Counted from the first letter of the stretch, positions 9,270 to 18,656 are shown. The stretch is DNA of 64,000 nucleotides from Candidatus Babeliales bacterium (GCA_963762115.1 CAVXJH010000003.1:160001-224000), one strand, 5' to 3'. The notes: generated by a model not told the origin, from the letters alone. Made by a program: numbers and translations.

Positions 9270-10916
9270 ATGAAAATCGTTGAATTGTTGCGCACTATTT
9301 TATGTATCTTTTTATTCGTATTACTTTTTGGAGTCGCTTACTTTTTATATAAAAAGCAAGAACAACTTTCTTCTTCACTGCAAGAATTGCATAAAAAAGA
9401 ATTGGCAGTTGCCGGTGAAAAAGGCAAAGAAGCGCCAATTATTGAAAAAATAATTTCTCGACAGCAGACGTGGAGTGATTTACAAACGATTGTAAAAGAT
9501 ACCGTTGTACAAATATTTGCTCAAAAAGCTGCCCCTGACCTATTGCAACCTTATAAAACACCAACGCCGTATCAAGCTACGGGAAGCGGTTTTTTCATTA
9601 ATGAAGAAGGCGAAATTGTAACCAATGCTCATGTCGTTGATCAATCAAAATCAGTTTGGATTCAAATCCCTTCGCTAGGAAAACAGCAAATAGATGTTGA
9701 GGTTGTTGGTGTGAGTCCCGATCGTGATCTTGCTTTGTTACGAGTAAAGCCTGAAGGTATGGAGATTCTCAAAAAAGAAATCGGTTCTATTAAGTTTTTG
9801 CAGTTAGGAAATTCTGATTTTGTGCATCGTGCTGATGAAATCATGGCACTTGGTTATCCGCTTGGCCAACAAAGTTTAAAAAGTACAACCGGTGTGGTGA
9901 GTGGTCGCGAACAGCATTTAATTCAAATTAGTGCACCAATAAATCCGGGGAATTCTGGTGGGCCTTCATTAAATATTCAAGGCGAAGTTATCGGTATTAA
10001 TACTGCCTACGTTCCTGACGCACAAAGCGTTGGGTACCTTATTCCGATTAATGAACTTAAGATAATACTTGATGATTTGCGCAAAGTAATGCTGTTAAAA
10101 AGACCATTTTTGGGTGTTTTATTTAATAATGCTAGTGAAGCATTGACTCAATTTTTGGGTAATCCTTTACCGGGTGGTTTATATGTTGTTGATATTTATA
10201 AAGATAGTCCTTTGCATAAGGCCGGTGTGCAAAAACGTGATATGATTTATGAAATTAATGGTCATAAAATAGATTTTTATGGTGAATTATTATGGAACGA
10301 AGATAAGATTTCAATCGTTGATTATGTTTCACAGTTAAAATTGGGGCAAGAAGTTGATTTAACCGTGTATCGCAACGGCGTTCGCAAGGACCTTAAATTT
10401 ATCTTTGATCAAGCTGAATTTTTGCCCATTCATAAAATATATCCTGGATATGAAGATATTGATTATGAAATTTTCGCCGGTATGGTTGTGCAGCCCTTAA
10501 CGACAAATCATTTACCGTTACTCGTTAATATTGCGCCAGGATTAACGCGTTATGCGGAGATGAAATATCAAATGGAACCAGCACTGATTATTACGCATAT
10601 TTTCCCCGATTCGCAGGCACAACGATCACGATCTATTATGCCTGGAGGAATTTTAAATGAAGTTAATGGTATTCGCGTTAAAACATTAGATGAACTAAGA
10701 AAAGCATTATTCAAGAGTTTCGAAACAAATGTTGTTACTATTGAAACTGCTGATGCGATTTTTGTTGTAGTGCCTTTCAAAAAAATCATTGAAGATGAAA
10801 AACGTTTATCAAAAGACTATTTCTATCCAATGACCCAAGGGGTAAAGGCGCTTGTTGAAAAAGTTGAAGCTGAAGAAAAAGCTCAAGAAGTTGTTGATAC
10901 AAAAGAGAAAGAATAA
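9270..10916 (+). CDS. Membrane-anchored HtrA/Deg-family serine protease with PDZ domains
   Basis: TNAHVV, DLA and GNSGGP catalytic triad; N-terminal TM helix; two PDZ-like regions; likely start MKIVELL at 9270. Confidence 0.92.
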   Translation: MKIVELLRTILCIFLFVLLFGVAYFLYKKQEQLSSSLQELHKKELAVAGEKGKEAPIIEKIISRQQTWSDLQTIVKDTVVQIFAQKAAPDLLQPYKTPTPYQATGSGFFINEEGEIVTNAHVVDQSKSVWIQIPSLGKQQIDVEVVGVSPDRDLALLRVKPEGMEILKKEIGSIKFLQLGNSDFVHRADEIMALGYPLGQQSLKSTTGVVSGREQHLIQISAPINPGNSGGPSLNIQGEVIGINTAYVPDAQSVGYLIPINELKIILDDLRKVMLLKRPFLGVLFNNASEALTQFLGNPLPGGLYVVDIYKDSPLHKAGVQKRDMIYEINGHKIDFYGELLWNEDKISIVDYVSQLKLGQEVDLTVYRNGVRKDLKFIFDQAEFLPIHKIYPGYEDIDYEIFAGMVVQPLTTNHLPLLVNIAPGLTRYAEMKYQMEPALIITHIFPDSQAQRSRSIMPGGILNEVNGIRVKTLDELRKALFKSFETNVVTIETADAIFVVVPFKKIIEDEKRLSKDYFYPMTQGVKALVEKVEAEEKAQEVVDTKEKE

Positions 10917-11276
10917 TTATTCTTCTTTTTGCTCAATTAATTGTATGAGCATTGTTGCTGCACTAGCAAGCTCAGAATGGTGATATTCTTCAGCATGTTG
11001 TTTTGCAGCAACAAGGGCTGAATAATAGATTTTTTCAAAATTTCCCAGAGGAAATTCGTAATATGCTTTGGTACCTTGGCTTTCTTCGCAATTAATTGCT
11101 AAAAACCATAGACCATAGTTGTGCCATGCATGATTAGCTAGATAGGCATCTTCGCTTTCAGGAGAAGGTTTTTCTTTTTCCCAGGTTTTTTTGTTATGTA
11201 CATAATTACCATTGTTGATCTGGTCTTGTGCAAAAGATACTGCGTCTTTATTAAGTCTGAGATGAGGCGTAGCCAT
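10917..11276 (-). CDS. Conserved-looking hypothetical protein
   Basis: ORF with YGLWFL..TK..YEFP.G.F motif; likely start MATPHL. Confidence 0.7.
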   Translation of the reverse strand: MATPHLRLNKDAVSFAQDQINNGNYVHNKKTWEKEKPSPESEDAYLANHAWHNYGLWFLAINCEESQGTKAYYEFPLGNFEKIYYSALVAAKQHAEEYHHSELASAATMLIQLIEQKEE

Positions 11277-11422
11277 TTTGTTTTTTCCTTGAGGTTGTTT
11301 TGCTATACTAGTATTAAACATTTTTAGAGTACATACTTATTTTATAAAAAAGCAAGAGATGTACCATGATAATAAGAGAATATATTTTTATTGATAGTTG
11401 AAAATACCCCTGAAACAAAAAT

Positions 11423-12157
11423 ATGAAACAAAAAAAAAGACTCGATCAAAAAGTGCTTGAACTCTATCCAACATTAACAAGAACGTATATTCAAAGTTTG
11501 ATTATGCAGGGTAAGGTTTTGGTGGATGATGTCCCCTGCACAAAAGCGGGAACCCAAATTGCTGATGATGTTGTCATCAGACTTCGTGATATACAACAAA
11601 AATTTGTTTCACGTGCGGGATTTAAGCTTGAAAAAGCATTAGATCATTTTGGCATTTCTGTTCAAGATCTTATAGTTTTGGATGCAGGATTGTCAACCGG
11701 CGGTTTTAGTGATTGTTTGTTGCAACGTGGTGCAAAAAAAATATATGGCATTGATGTTGGGTATGGGCAAGCTCATGAAAAAATTCGTCAAGATCCTCGT
11801 GTTGTTGTTATGGAAAAAACGAATCTGAGATATGTTGATTCACTTCCTGAGCTTGTTGATTTGGTTACCTTAGATCTTTCTTTTATTTCAGTCCTCAAGG
11901 TTATTCCTGCCCTTAAAAAACTTATGCAGCCTTATGGGATGCTCATTGTTCTTATTAAACCTCAATTTGAAGCCCGGCGTAGCCAAGTTGGCAGTGGTGG
12001 TATTATCAAGGATGAAAAGATTCATGCCGAAGTTATTCATAACGTTGTTGAGGGTATCAAAGAACAGGGATTCACTTTTATTGGTGTTACTGATTCACCT
12101 ATTACCGGTACTGATGGCAATAAAGAATTCCTCGCGTATTTCAAGAAAATTGAATAA
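11423..12157 (+). CDS. tlyA: TlyA rRNA 2'-O-methyltransferase (S4 + FtsJ domains)
   Basis: RLD S4 domain; VSRAGFKL, D.G.STGGF, DLSFIS, LIKPQFE and GNKEF motifs. Confidence 0.96.
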   Translation: MKQKKRLDQKVLELYPTLTRTYIQSLIMQGKVLVDDVPCTKAGTQIADDVVIRLRDIQQKFVSRAGFKLEKALDHFGISVQDLIVLDAGLSTGGFSDCLLQRGAKKIYGIDVGYGQAHEKIRQDPRVVVMEKTNLRYVDSLPELVDLVTLDLSFISVLKVIPALKKLMQPYGMLIVLIKPQFEARRSQVGSGGIIKDEKIHAEVIHNVVEGIKEQGFTFIGVTDSPITGTDGNKEFLAYFKKIE

Positions 12158-12293
12158 TTATTTTTAAAATTTCCTTCAAAATATTTTCAGGCAGAAATGG
12201 CTACAGGGAAGGGCTCGCCCTCTGTGTAATTCATTTTGACATTATTATCAGTTTATAATAATCTATTCACTAGTAATAAGTTTCATAATTGAA

Positions 12294-15098
12294 ATGGGGT
12301 TTAGGATGAGTTATAAAAGTCTTTTTTTTGTTATAGTTCTGATTTTTTTCTGTGAAGTGCAGGGTATGCAGCGCAGAGTTATTGGAAATCTCAAGGCATC
12401 AACAAGCCTTTTTTCTGGATTTTGCCAAAAATATAATCCTTTTCGGTCTCTGCATTGGAGTAATCTTAAGGGTACATCAGCTGTTTTTACTAGTGAAAAA
12501 CAACATTTATCACCGGTAAATGGTGCAGCCTTGAGTGAAGGTAATTGGATTGAAAATGTATATCAATTTGGTCCTGATACTGATGCCACCACGACAATGA
12601 CGCGCAGTCTTTTTAATAAATTGGGAAATGAATATATTAGGCCGACAGCTAATAAATCATTGCCGGGTGCCTCTCTTACGCCTGAAATTACAGGGGATAT
12701 TATGAGTGCTTTGGAGCATAAAAATCTTAATAATCCTGAAATAAGAAAAGACATTATTGATAAATGGTGTGCGACTCATAAGACCCTTTTTGATACAAAA
12801 GTCACCAAAGCAAAAATAGAAAGATTGCTTGATACTATTGATCGGGCAGCTCAAGAATGCGATTTTAATAATAAAGATGCTTTATATATGCCTTATATGG
12901 TGCAGGCTATTTTGTTGGGGCATTTATATAAAAAAAGTGATACTAAAAAAGATCTTGAAAGTTATATACATGCAATACAAGACAAACTGCCGAGCGCTTT
13001 AAAACAACCTTATGTGCAAAAAAAATCGTATGTTGATTCTATAAAAAGATTTATTTTTGGAGAAAAATTTAAGGAAGAAGCTAAATTGGCAACCGACCCA
13101 CTTGCAGAAATTCTTGATACACAATTTGAAAACACGGTATTGGATTATTTTAAGCAAAAATATTCATTGCCTTTTGTTGAACAAAAATCATATCCATTTG
13201 CTGAGAAGTCCCCAACGCCAAACTGCATGGAAGCCTCTATGCAAAATATTTTTAATACATTATTGTATGATTCTGAAAAAAATATGTTTGATTTTTCTCG
13301 ATTGCCACAAGGTTTGGTAATACATCCTGATTTAAAAAAATTTTACAATGCGCACGCTGTTGATGCGGTTAATGAATCAACGGTTGGACGGGCTTGGATG
13401 AATCTTATGTCAGGCAAAGATTTTTTGCGTTATAAAAAGGGCGATTATGATTTGAATCCTCGTGTTTCAAATTTTATAAAAGTTATACAATATTTTTTAA
13501 ATATTGATGGTGAATTAACCCTTGAAGAATTAGCAAAAAAACTTTCTGATCACAGGAGAGAAATACAATTTATAAAACACAATGATAAAGATAATAATAA
13601 TCAGATTGATATTCATGTGACCGATAAGATTAATAAAGGGAAAGAAATTATTAAGCTGCATTTGGATGCTGGGCATGCATGGATAGAAAAGCCGAATGAT
13701 AGAAAATTATTATGTGATAATATAATGTTTGATACTTTTGCAGTTCCTTTTTTACAAGAAAAATTTTCTGGTGATCCCCAAAAAAGTAGTAAGCTCGGTA
13801 TTTTACAATCATTGGTATATCCTCGTGAAAGGTGTAATGGTGTTGTTTCGGGATATCGGCCTACAGCAACAAGGATGATGCAAGCTCATTTTTCAAGGAA
13901 TCTACAGGATCTTTTAGAAATTGTTAATACGTTTTCTGAGATTCTTGATCATTTAGATGATGATGATTGTCGATTGTCGTCTGTAATTTTGCGTTTCAGT
14001 AAGCTATTGCAGAGAAATGATCGTGCCGATGGTTGTTATTTATTGAATAGATTAAGAGCAAAACCAATTAATAGGCATCTCATACATGTTGATTTTCCAG
14101 AAGCAGTAGTAGTTGCCGTTGAACAATCTTCTTTTGATAATGATGAAAATAATGCTCTTTTAGACCAGTGGTTACAAAATCTTAATTCTTATCCGGTATT
14201 TAAAATTATTGCATTTGAATCAATTTTAAAAAAATGTCCTGATGAGAATAATCTTTTATTGAAAAATTATATTATTGATTTTGTTGAAAACAATAAAAAT
14301 ACAGTAAGTATGTGTGTAGAAGGGATTTTTAAATCAATAGAATCATATCCAGTAGATTTAATAGTGAAAATAAATAAATTATTGCCCGAATATAGCCAAG
14401 AAATAATTTTTGCGCAACGACCTTTTTGGGTTTCCACTGAAAGAATTGTTCCTCAGATTGTTAAAAATCCTGAGGCCCTTGAAAAACTTTTACAAATTAA
14501 ATTTCCTGAAGCTTTATATGTATCTGCTATGAACTTAATACCATTATTTGTTTCGGGTGCAAATCTGGATATAAATGAGCGGATTGATGCATTGTTAAAA
14601 GATCTTTCAGGGTATCCTGATCTTAAGCTTGACGTGCTGCGTAAGGGTATAAAACATTGTTCAAAAGAAGAAGATGCTGAAATGATCGAAAGACATATTT
14701 TTGACTTTTTATTACCAAGAAAGTCTGAAGTAAAGAAAAAAGAGATTTCAAAAGAAGAATATGATTTGTTATACAAACAATTTATTCAATATTCAGCAGG
14801 GTATCGAGTTCGAAATTGTAAGCAACCATCTGAGAGAATTATTCGTAATGAAAATTTCCTGAGTATTTTGCAAAGCGGTTCATCATTAGTGCGTTATCTT
14901 GTAGAGTATCCAGATAAAATTTTTCACAATATACAATTATTAATTGACTTAGAAGTAGATATTAACGAAAAAGATCGATCAGGATTAACATTCTTGGATT
15001 TTATTAAAAAACATCGTCGCTATCAATATAGTGATAAAATAATAGCTCAAATTCAAGAAGTTTTGGATAGGCATAATTCAGGTTCGGTTGAATCTTGA
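12294..15098 (+). CDS. Large hypothetical secreted protein (candidate effector) with C-terminal partial ankyrin-like repeat
   Basis: 934-aa ORF; signal peptide; PNCMEAS..NIFN..LYD motif; VDINEKDRSGLTFLD near C-terminus. Confidence 0.8.
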   Translation: MGFRMSYKSLFFVIVLIFFCEVQGMQRRVIGNLKASTSLFSGFCQKYNPFRSLHWSNLKGTSAVFTSEKQHLSPVNGAALSEGNWIENVYQFGPDTDATTTMTRSLFNKLGNEYIRPTANKSLPGASLTPEITGDIMSALEHKNLNNPEIRKDIIDKWCATHKTLFDTKVTKAKIERLLDTIDRAAQECDFNNKDALYMPYMVQAILLGHLYKKSDTKKDLESYIHAIQDKLPSALKQPYVQKKSYVDSIKRFIFGEKFKEEAKLATDPLAEILDTQFENTVLDYFKQKYSLPFVEQKSYPFAEKSPTPNCMEASMQNIFNTLLYDSEKNMFDFSRLPQGLVIHPDLKKFYNAHAVDAVNESTVGRAWMNLMSGKDFLRYKKGDYDLNPRVSNFIKVIQYFLNIDGELTLEELAKKLSDHRREIQFIKHNDKDNNNQIDIHVTDKINKGKEIIKLHLDAGHAWIEKPNDRKLLCDNIMFDTFAVPFLQEKFSGDPQKSSKLGILQSLVYPRERCNGVVSGYRPTATRMMQAHFSRNLQDLLEIVNTFSEILDHLDDDDCRLSSVILRFSKLLQRNDRADGCYLLNRLRAKPINRHLIHVDFPEAVVVAVEQSSFDNDENNALLDQWLQNLNSYPVFKIIAFESILKKCPDENNLLLKNYIIDFVENNKNTVSMCVEGIFKSIESYPVDLIVKINKLLPEYSQEIIFAQRPFWVSTERIVPQIVKNPEALEKLLQIKFPEALYVSAMNLIPLFVSGANLDINERIDALLKDLSGYPDLKLDVLRKGIKHCSKEEDAEMIERHIFDFLLPRKSEVKKKEISKEEYDLLYKQFIQYSAGYRVRNCKQPSERIIRNENFLSILQSGSSLVRYLVEYPDKIFHNIQLLIDLEVDINEKDRSGLTFLDFIKKHRRYQYSDKIIAQIQEVLDRHNSGSVES

Positions 15099-15174
15099 TG
15101 AACTATTGTTGCAATTTCATAATAAAGTATATTTTGGTAATAAATATCTTAAATACTTTAAAAAGGAGTTGTGT

Positions 15175-15501
15175 ATGATGCTTAAAAAATCTTATTTTTT
15201 CGTTTTGCTTATTACTGTTTTTTCGAAAAATGTTTTTGCTATGGAAGCAATACTTGGCAAAGTAGTGCCAGAATCTGAACTAAAAAATCTACGAGAATGG
15301 AATGAAAAAGCAGTAAAGAGAGGTGCACTTGTTGCGTATAAATCGGGACAACGCTTTTATTATGCTGCTTTACATGAAAAATTAATAGATAATAGTTATA
15401 CAGTCATTATATTACAAAAAACTGATGAGCGCGGGGTGCAATCAGCTCATGGCAGAAAAGCAGAACGTGAAGATTTACGTATTGTTGCTCAAGAAAAATA
15501 A
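15175..15501 (+). CDS. Small hypothetical secreted protein
   Basis: AAGGAG Shine-Dalgarno then MMLKKSYFFVLLITVFSKNVFA-ME signal peptide. Confidence 0.75.
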   Translation: MMLKKSYFFVLLITVFSKNVFAMEAILGKVVPESELKNLREWNEKAVKRGALVAYKSGQRFYYAALHEKLIDNSYTVIILQKTDERGVQSAHGRKAEREDLRIVAQEK

Positions 15502-15585
15502 GCCTTGTTTTGTATTTTTTATATAAAATTCATCTTTTAGATTAGCTTTTTTCTTTTTTTTTGGTATTTCTATATGGTACCCTTT

Positions 15586-15662
15586 GCGCCTGTAGCTCAA
15601 TTGGATAGAGCACCGGACTTCGAATCCGTAGGTTGCAGGTTCGACTCCTGCCGGGCGCACCA
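15586..15662 (+). tRNA. tRNA-Arg(TCG)
   Basis: Acceptor GCGCCTG/CGGGCGC, TAGCTCAATTGGATAGAGC D-arm, anticodon loop CT-TCG-AA, GGTTCGACTCC T-arm, encoded CCA. Confidence 0.95.
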
Positions 15663-15762
15663 TACTTCGCATAAAGCTTCGTATGGCAGGCCATTCTTCC
15701 GGCCTGTTCTTCATAGCTCGAAGAGCGAAGTAGAACTCGGCAAACTACGCCTGGCTTCGCCA
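15660..15762. repeat. Cluster of CTWCG hairpin modules plus a 27-bp repeat downstream of tRNA-Arg(TCG)
   Basis: 15660-15690 CCATA-CTTCG-CATAAAG-CTTCG-TATGG-CAGG; reverse-oriented module 15703-15735; 15736-15762 identical to 16162-16188. Confidence 0.85.
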
Positions 15763-15840
15763 GTTTTTTTAAATGATTAAAATAAATAATAAATAATGCT
15801 AACTTGATGAAGTTGATGCGAAGTAAAAAATACGTCAGAA

Positions 15841-15904
15841 TGTCATTGCGAACCTTCGAAGCTTTTAGCGAAGTAGGTGTGGCAACCCAGATTATGATGT
15901 TCTA
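15841..15904 (+). repeat. Solo TGTC-tagged hairpin arm (B-type tail) whose central loop is a CTWCG module
   Basis: TGTCATTGCGA-[ACCTTCGAAGCTTTTAGCGAAGTAGGT]-GTGGCAACCCAGATTATGATGTTCTA. Confidence 0.85.
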
Positions 15905-15942
15905 TTAAGTCAAATCATTAAAAAATATTAAATATAAAAAGA

Positions 15943-16019
15943 GCGCCCGTAGCTCAGATGGATAGAGCGACAGATTCCTAATCTGTAGGCCACCGGTTCG
16001 AATCCAGTCGGGCGCACCA
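15943..16019 (+). tRNA. tRNA-Arg(CCT)
   Basis: Acceptor GCGCCCG/CGGGCGC, anticodon arm ACAGA-TTCCTAA-TCTGT, GGTTCGAATCC T-arm, encoded CCA. Confidence 0.95.
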
Positions 16020-16188
16020 ACCTACGCCAAGGCTTCGGTTGGCAGGCCAGCTTTTTTAATGATTTTAATAAAATATTTATTTACGAATTGAAGGCGTAGG
16101 TTGTTCGCCGAAGCTTGCCAAGCCGGAAGGCGTGGATAAGCAAAGGCTGGACGATATTATCCTCGGCAAACTACGCCTGGCTTCGCCA
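16017..16188. repeat. Repeat cluster downstream of tRNA-Arg(CCT)
   Basis: 16017-16046 CCAAC-CTACG-CCAAGG-CTTCG-GTTGG-CAGG; 16104-16152 matches 46307-46355 at 48/49; 16162-16188 equals 15736-15762. Confidence 0.85.
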
Positions 16189-16208
16189 TTTTCTTAAATG
16201 AATTGATA

Positions 16209-16694
16209 TTAATAACGTGCTCTATCAGGCATTTTTGAAAACTTTTTCCAAACCTCTACTGCTTCTTCACGTAATTTTTCTGTTGATTTAATAACTCGAT
16301 CGACAGGTTTTTTACACACTTCTTTAAAGATATCGACATCTTTAAAATCGCCATATTTTAAAGCATCTTCCACATGTGCACCATAATAAATATGTTCTAA
16401 ATGTGCCCAATAGGCAGCTGAAAGGCACATAGGGCAAGATTCAGCGCTGGTATAAAGTACACAGCCGGTTAAATGTGGTGAGCCTAACTTTTTGCCAGCT
16501 TCTCTAATTGCCTGCATTTCTGCATGCCATGTAGGATCATTTTCTTTGATAACTTGGTTATATCCTTCAGCAATAATTTTGCCATCTTTTGCAATAACTG
16601 CTCCAAAAACTCCACCTGTTTTTTTAACAAGTGATCCTATCTCACTGAGTTCAATCGCTCGTTTCATAAATGCTTCATTATATTCATTTGCCAT
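16209..16694 (-). CDS. Zn-dependent nucleoside/guanine deaminase (GuaD-like)
   Basis: GGVFGAVI, DPTWHAE and SCPMCLSAAYWA motifs; likely start MANEY. Confidence 0.88.
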   Translation of the reverse strand: MANEYNEAFMKRAIELSEIGSLVKKTGGVFGAVIAKDGKIIAEGYNQVIKENDPTWHAEMQAIREAGKKLGSPHLTGCVLYTSAESCPMCLSAAYWAHLEHIYYGAHVEDALKYGDFKDVDIFKEVCKKPVDRVIKSTEKLREEAVEVWKKFSKMPDRARY

Positions 16695-16812
16695 AAGGGA
16701 ACCTTTCTTTTTTTTAAATTTTATCGCGTAGGGATATAACATTTATTTACTATAAGTTGTTAGGCGATAAAATTGTCAATAATTTGGCGTATTAAAAGAA
16801 GAGTTATGGAGA

Positions 16813-17760
16813 ATGCTTATGAATAATGATGCTAAAGTCACGGTGGTAACACAATTGCAGGTAAAATCTGATAAAAGTCATCAGTTTGCCCAATGGCAAG
16901 AAATGTTACATGAAGCAATAATTGCATTTCCCGGGTATATATCACAAACAATTATGGAACCGATGTTGCCCATGCAGCCTCATTGGGTTCTTATGCAGTA
17001 TTTTGTTTCAGAAGATGCAGCAAAGAATTGGTTACAATCAAATCAACGACAAGAATTATTGAAAACAGTTTTGCCCTTGTTAGTGGAAATAGAAGATATT
17101 TATGTGATTGATAAAAATAAACAGGGCCAAAATGTTGCAATTGCTACCATTTCAACACAAGTTCCTGCTGAATTTGAGCAAAAATTTTTAGATTTTCAGG
17201 TAAAAATAGCTGCTGTGCAATCAAAATTCCCAGGATTTTTGGGATACAAATTAGAGCGACCGCGCTCCGGAGTACATGATTTCTGGGTGGTAACGCTTAC
17301 TTTTGATTCAGAAAGTCATTTAGATGCATGGCTTAACTCTCTTGAGCGTCAAAAATTTGTTACTGCTTTAAATGTTTTTAGCGGAGAAAGTCATATTGAA
17401 AAATCTTCACGAGGATTTGCGTTTTGGTTTAACCCAGCAACAAAGCAAAATTCAATATGGAAGCAAAATATGTTAGTGTTGCTCACGTTGTATCCGGTAG
17501 TTTTTTTATTATCATATGTTCAAAATTTTTTGATGCAGCATGGGATGCCATTTTGGCTTACGTTATTTCTGGGAAATGCTTCCTCAACGGCAATTTTGGG
17601 CTGGTTTACCGTGCCTTGGTTAATGCAGCATTTTGTTTGGTGGCTTGAGCCTAAGGAGAAAGATATTCGTAAGAATACTATTTTGGGAACGGTATTTGTT
17701 ATAGTTTTATATTGCTTAAGCTTAATTATTTGTTGGCTACTTTCGACTTTTTCTAAGTAA
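16813..17760 (+). CDS. Tandem ABM (antibiotic biosynthesis monooxygenase)-like domains with C-terminal TM helices
   Basis: Two FPG[YF]...F.SE....WL.S.R repeats; WKQNMLVLLTLYP followed by three hydrophobic segments. Confidence 0.8.
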   Translation: MLMNNDAKVTVVTQLQVKSDKSHQFAQWQEMLHEAIIAFPGYISQTIMEPMLPMQPHWVLMQYFVSEDAAKNWLQSNQRQELLKTVLPLLVEIEDIYVIDKNKQGQNVAIATISTQVPAEFEQKFLDFQVKIAAVQSKFPGFLGYKLERPRSGVHDFWVVTLTFDSESHLDAWLNSLERQKFVTALNVFSGESHIEKSSRGFAFWFNPATKQNSIWKQNMLVLLTLYPVVFLLSYVQNFLMQHGMPFWLTLFLGNASSTAILGWFTVPWLMQHFVWWLEPKEKDIRKNTILGTVFVIVLYCLSLIICWLLSTFSK

Positions 17761-17842
17761 GTAAAAATAAGTTTGACTTTTACGCTTGTATATTTTACAT
17801 TGTATATACACTGTACAACATTATAACCGTAAAGGGACCAAA

Positions 17843-18604
17843 ATGCTTAAAAAATTGGTAAAATATGGCAACAGTAATGCTCTTGTGCTCGATAAGGCAT
17901 TGCTTGAATTGCTTAATATTTCAGAAGGCTCAGTAGTAAAAATTAAAACTGATGGAACTTCACTCATAATTACGCCGCAAAAAAGCGAAGTTGAGCAAAA
18001 TATTCTTACGCCTACAATAACTCCTGAAGATACCCTGCGCCAAGCCCTGAAGCAAGCGCAACAAAATATGGCACAGCATTATAACAATCCTGAAGAGTAT
18101 ATGAGTGAAGCAAGAAAGCTTTTTGCTCGTTATGATGGAACTATAAAAAAATTCAATTCGCCAGAATATAAAGAGGCGGTTTTGGAAATCGGTCGACGGT
18201 TTAAGGGGAATAGTTTGGATCCTGAATATGGTAAAGCATTAGAAAAATTGGGATATGAATATGCTCCTGAACTTGTGCAAATGGATCAAGAAATGCAAGT
18301 TCTTACTAAAAAATATGCCACGCAAGAGTTAAAAAAATCTCCACAATCTGATAGTGCGTTTTCGTCTTCTATTGTAAAGTTCAAGCATGTTCATGAAAAA
18401 TATCGTCATGTGCAAGAACAAGTTATGAAATTAAGTGAAAATTCAGATTATATTAATGAATCAGTGTTGTTGGCAGAAAAATATCAGGTGACTAAAAATT
18501 CTCCTGAATATATTCAGGAATATAAACAGCTTATTGCTAAATATATTCCTGAATATGCGCAGTATCAGGAAGAAATAACAGCTGTTGGTGACTCGTTAAA
18601 ATAA
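17843..18604 (+). CDS. AbrB/MazE/SpoVT DNA-binding domain fused to a duplicated helical domain
   Basis: KKLVKYGNSNALVLDKALLELL..I.P is a swapped-hairpin signature; start at 17843 after AAAGGG. Confidence 0.85.
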   Translation: MLKKLVKYGNSNALVLDKALLELLNISEGSVVKIKTDGTSLIITPQKSEVEQNILTPTITPEDTLRQALKQAQQNMAQHYNNPEEYMSEARKLFARYDGTIKKFNSPEYKEAVLEIGRRFKGNSLDPEYGKALEKLGYEYAPELVQMDQEMQVLTKKYATQELKKSPQSDSAFSSSIVKFKHVHEKYRHVQEQVMKLSENSDYINESVLLAEKYQVTKNSPEYIQEYKQLIAKYIPEYAQYQEEITAVGDSLK

Positions 18605-18628
18605 CATATAATTAGGTCTTTAATAATG

Positions 18629-18656
18629 CTGCCGGCACTGCCGGCAGTTTTGCATT
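18629..18656 (+). terminator. Terminator-like hairpin, copy 1
   Basis: CTGCCGG-CACTG-CCGGCAG-TTTTGCATT. Confidence 0.7.

Noticed and set aside
15475..15780. ORFs 15475-15714(-) and 15574-15780(+)
   Set aside because: They overlap tRNA-Arg(TCG) and hairpin repeats; spurious
15660..16190. CRISPR array in the repeat-rich tRNA region
   Set aside because: Repeats are heterogeneous, not regularly spaced by unique spacers, and no cas genes are present
16209..16694. TadA assignment for the deaminase beside the Arg tRNAs
   Set aside because: Motifs GG.FGAV, TS.E.CPMC and AAYWA fit the guanine deaminase type; the TadA-type EVPVGA and TLEPC motifs are absent
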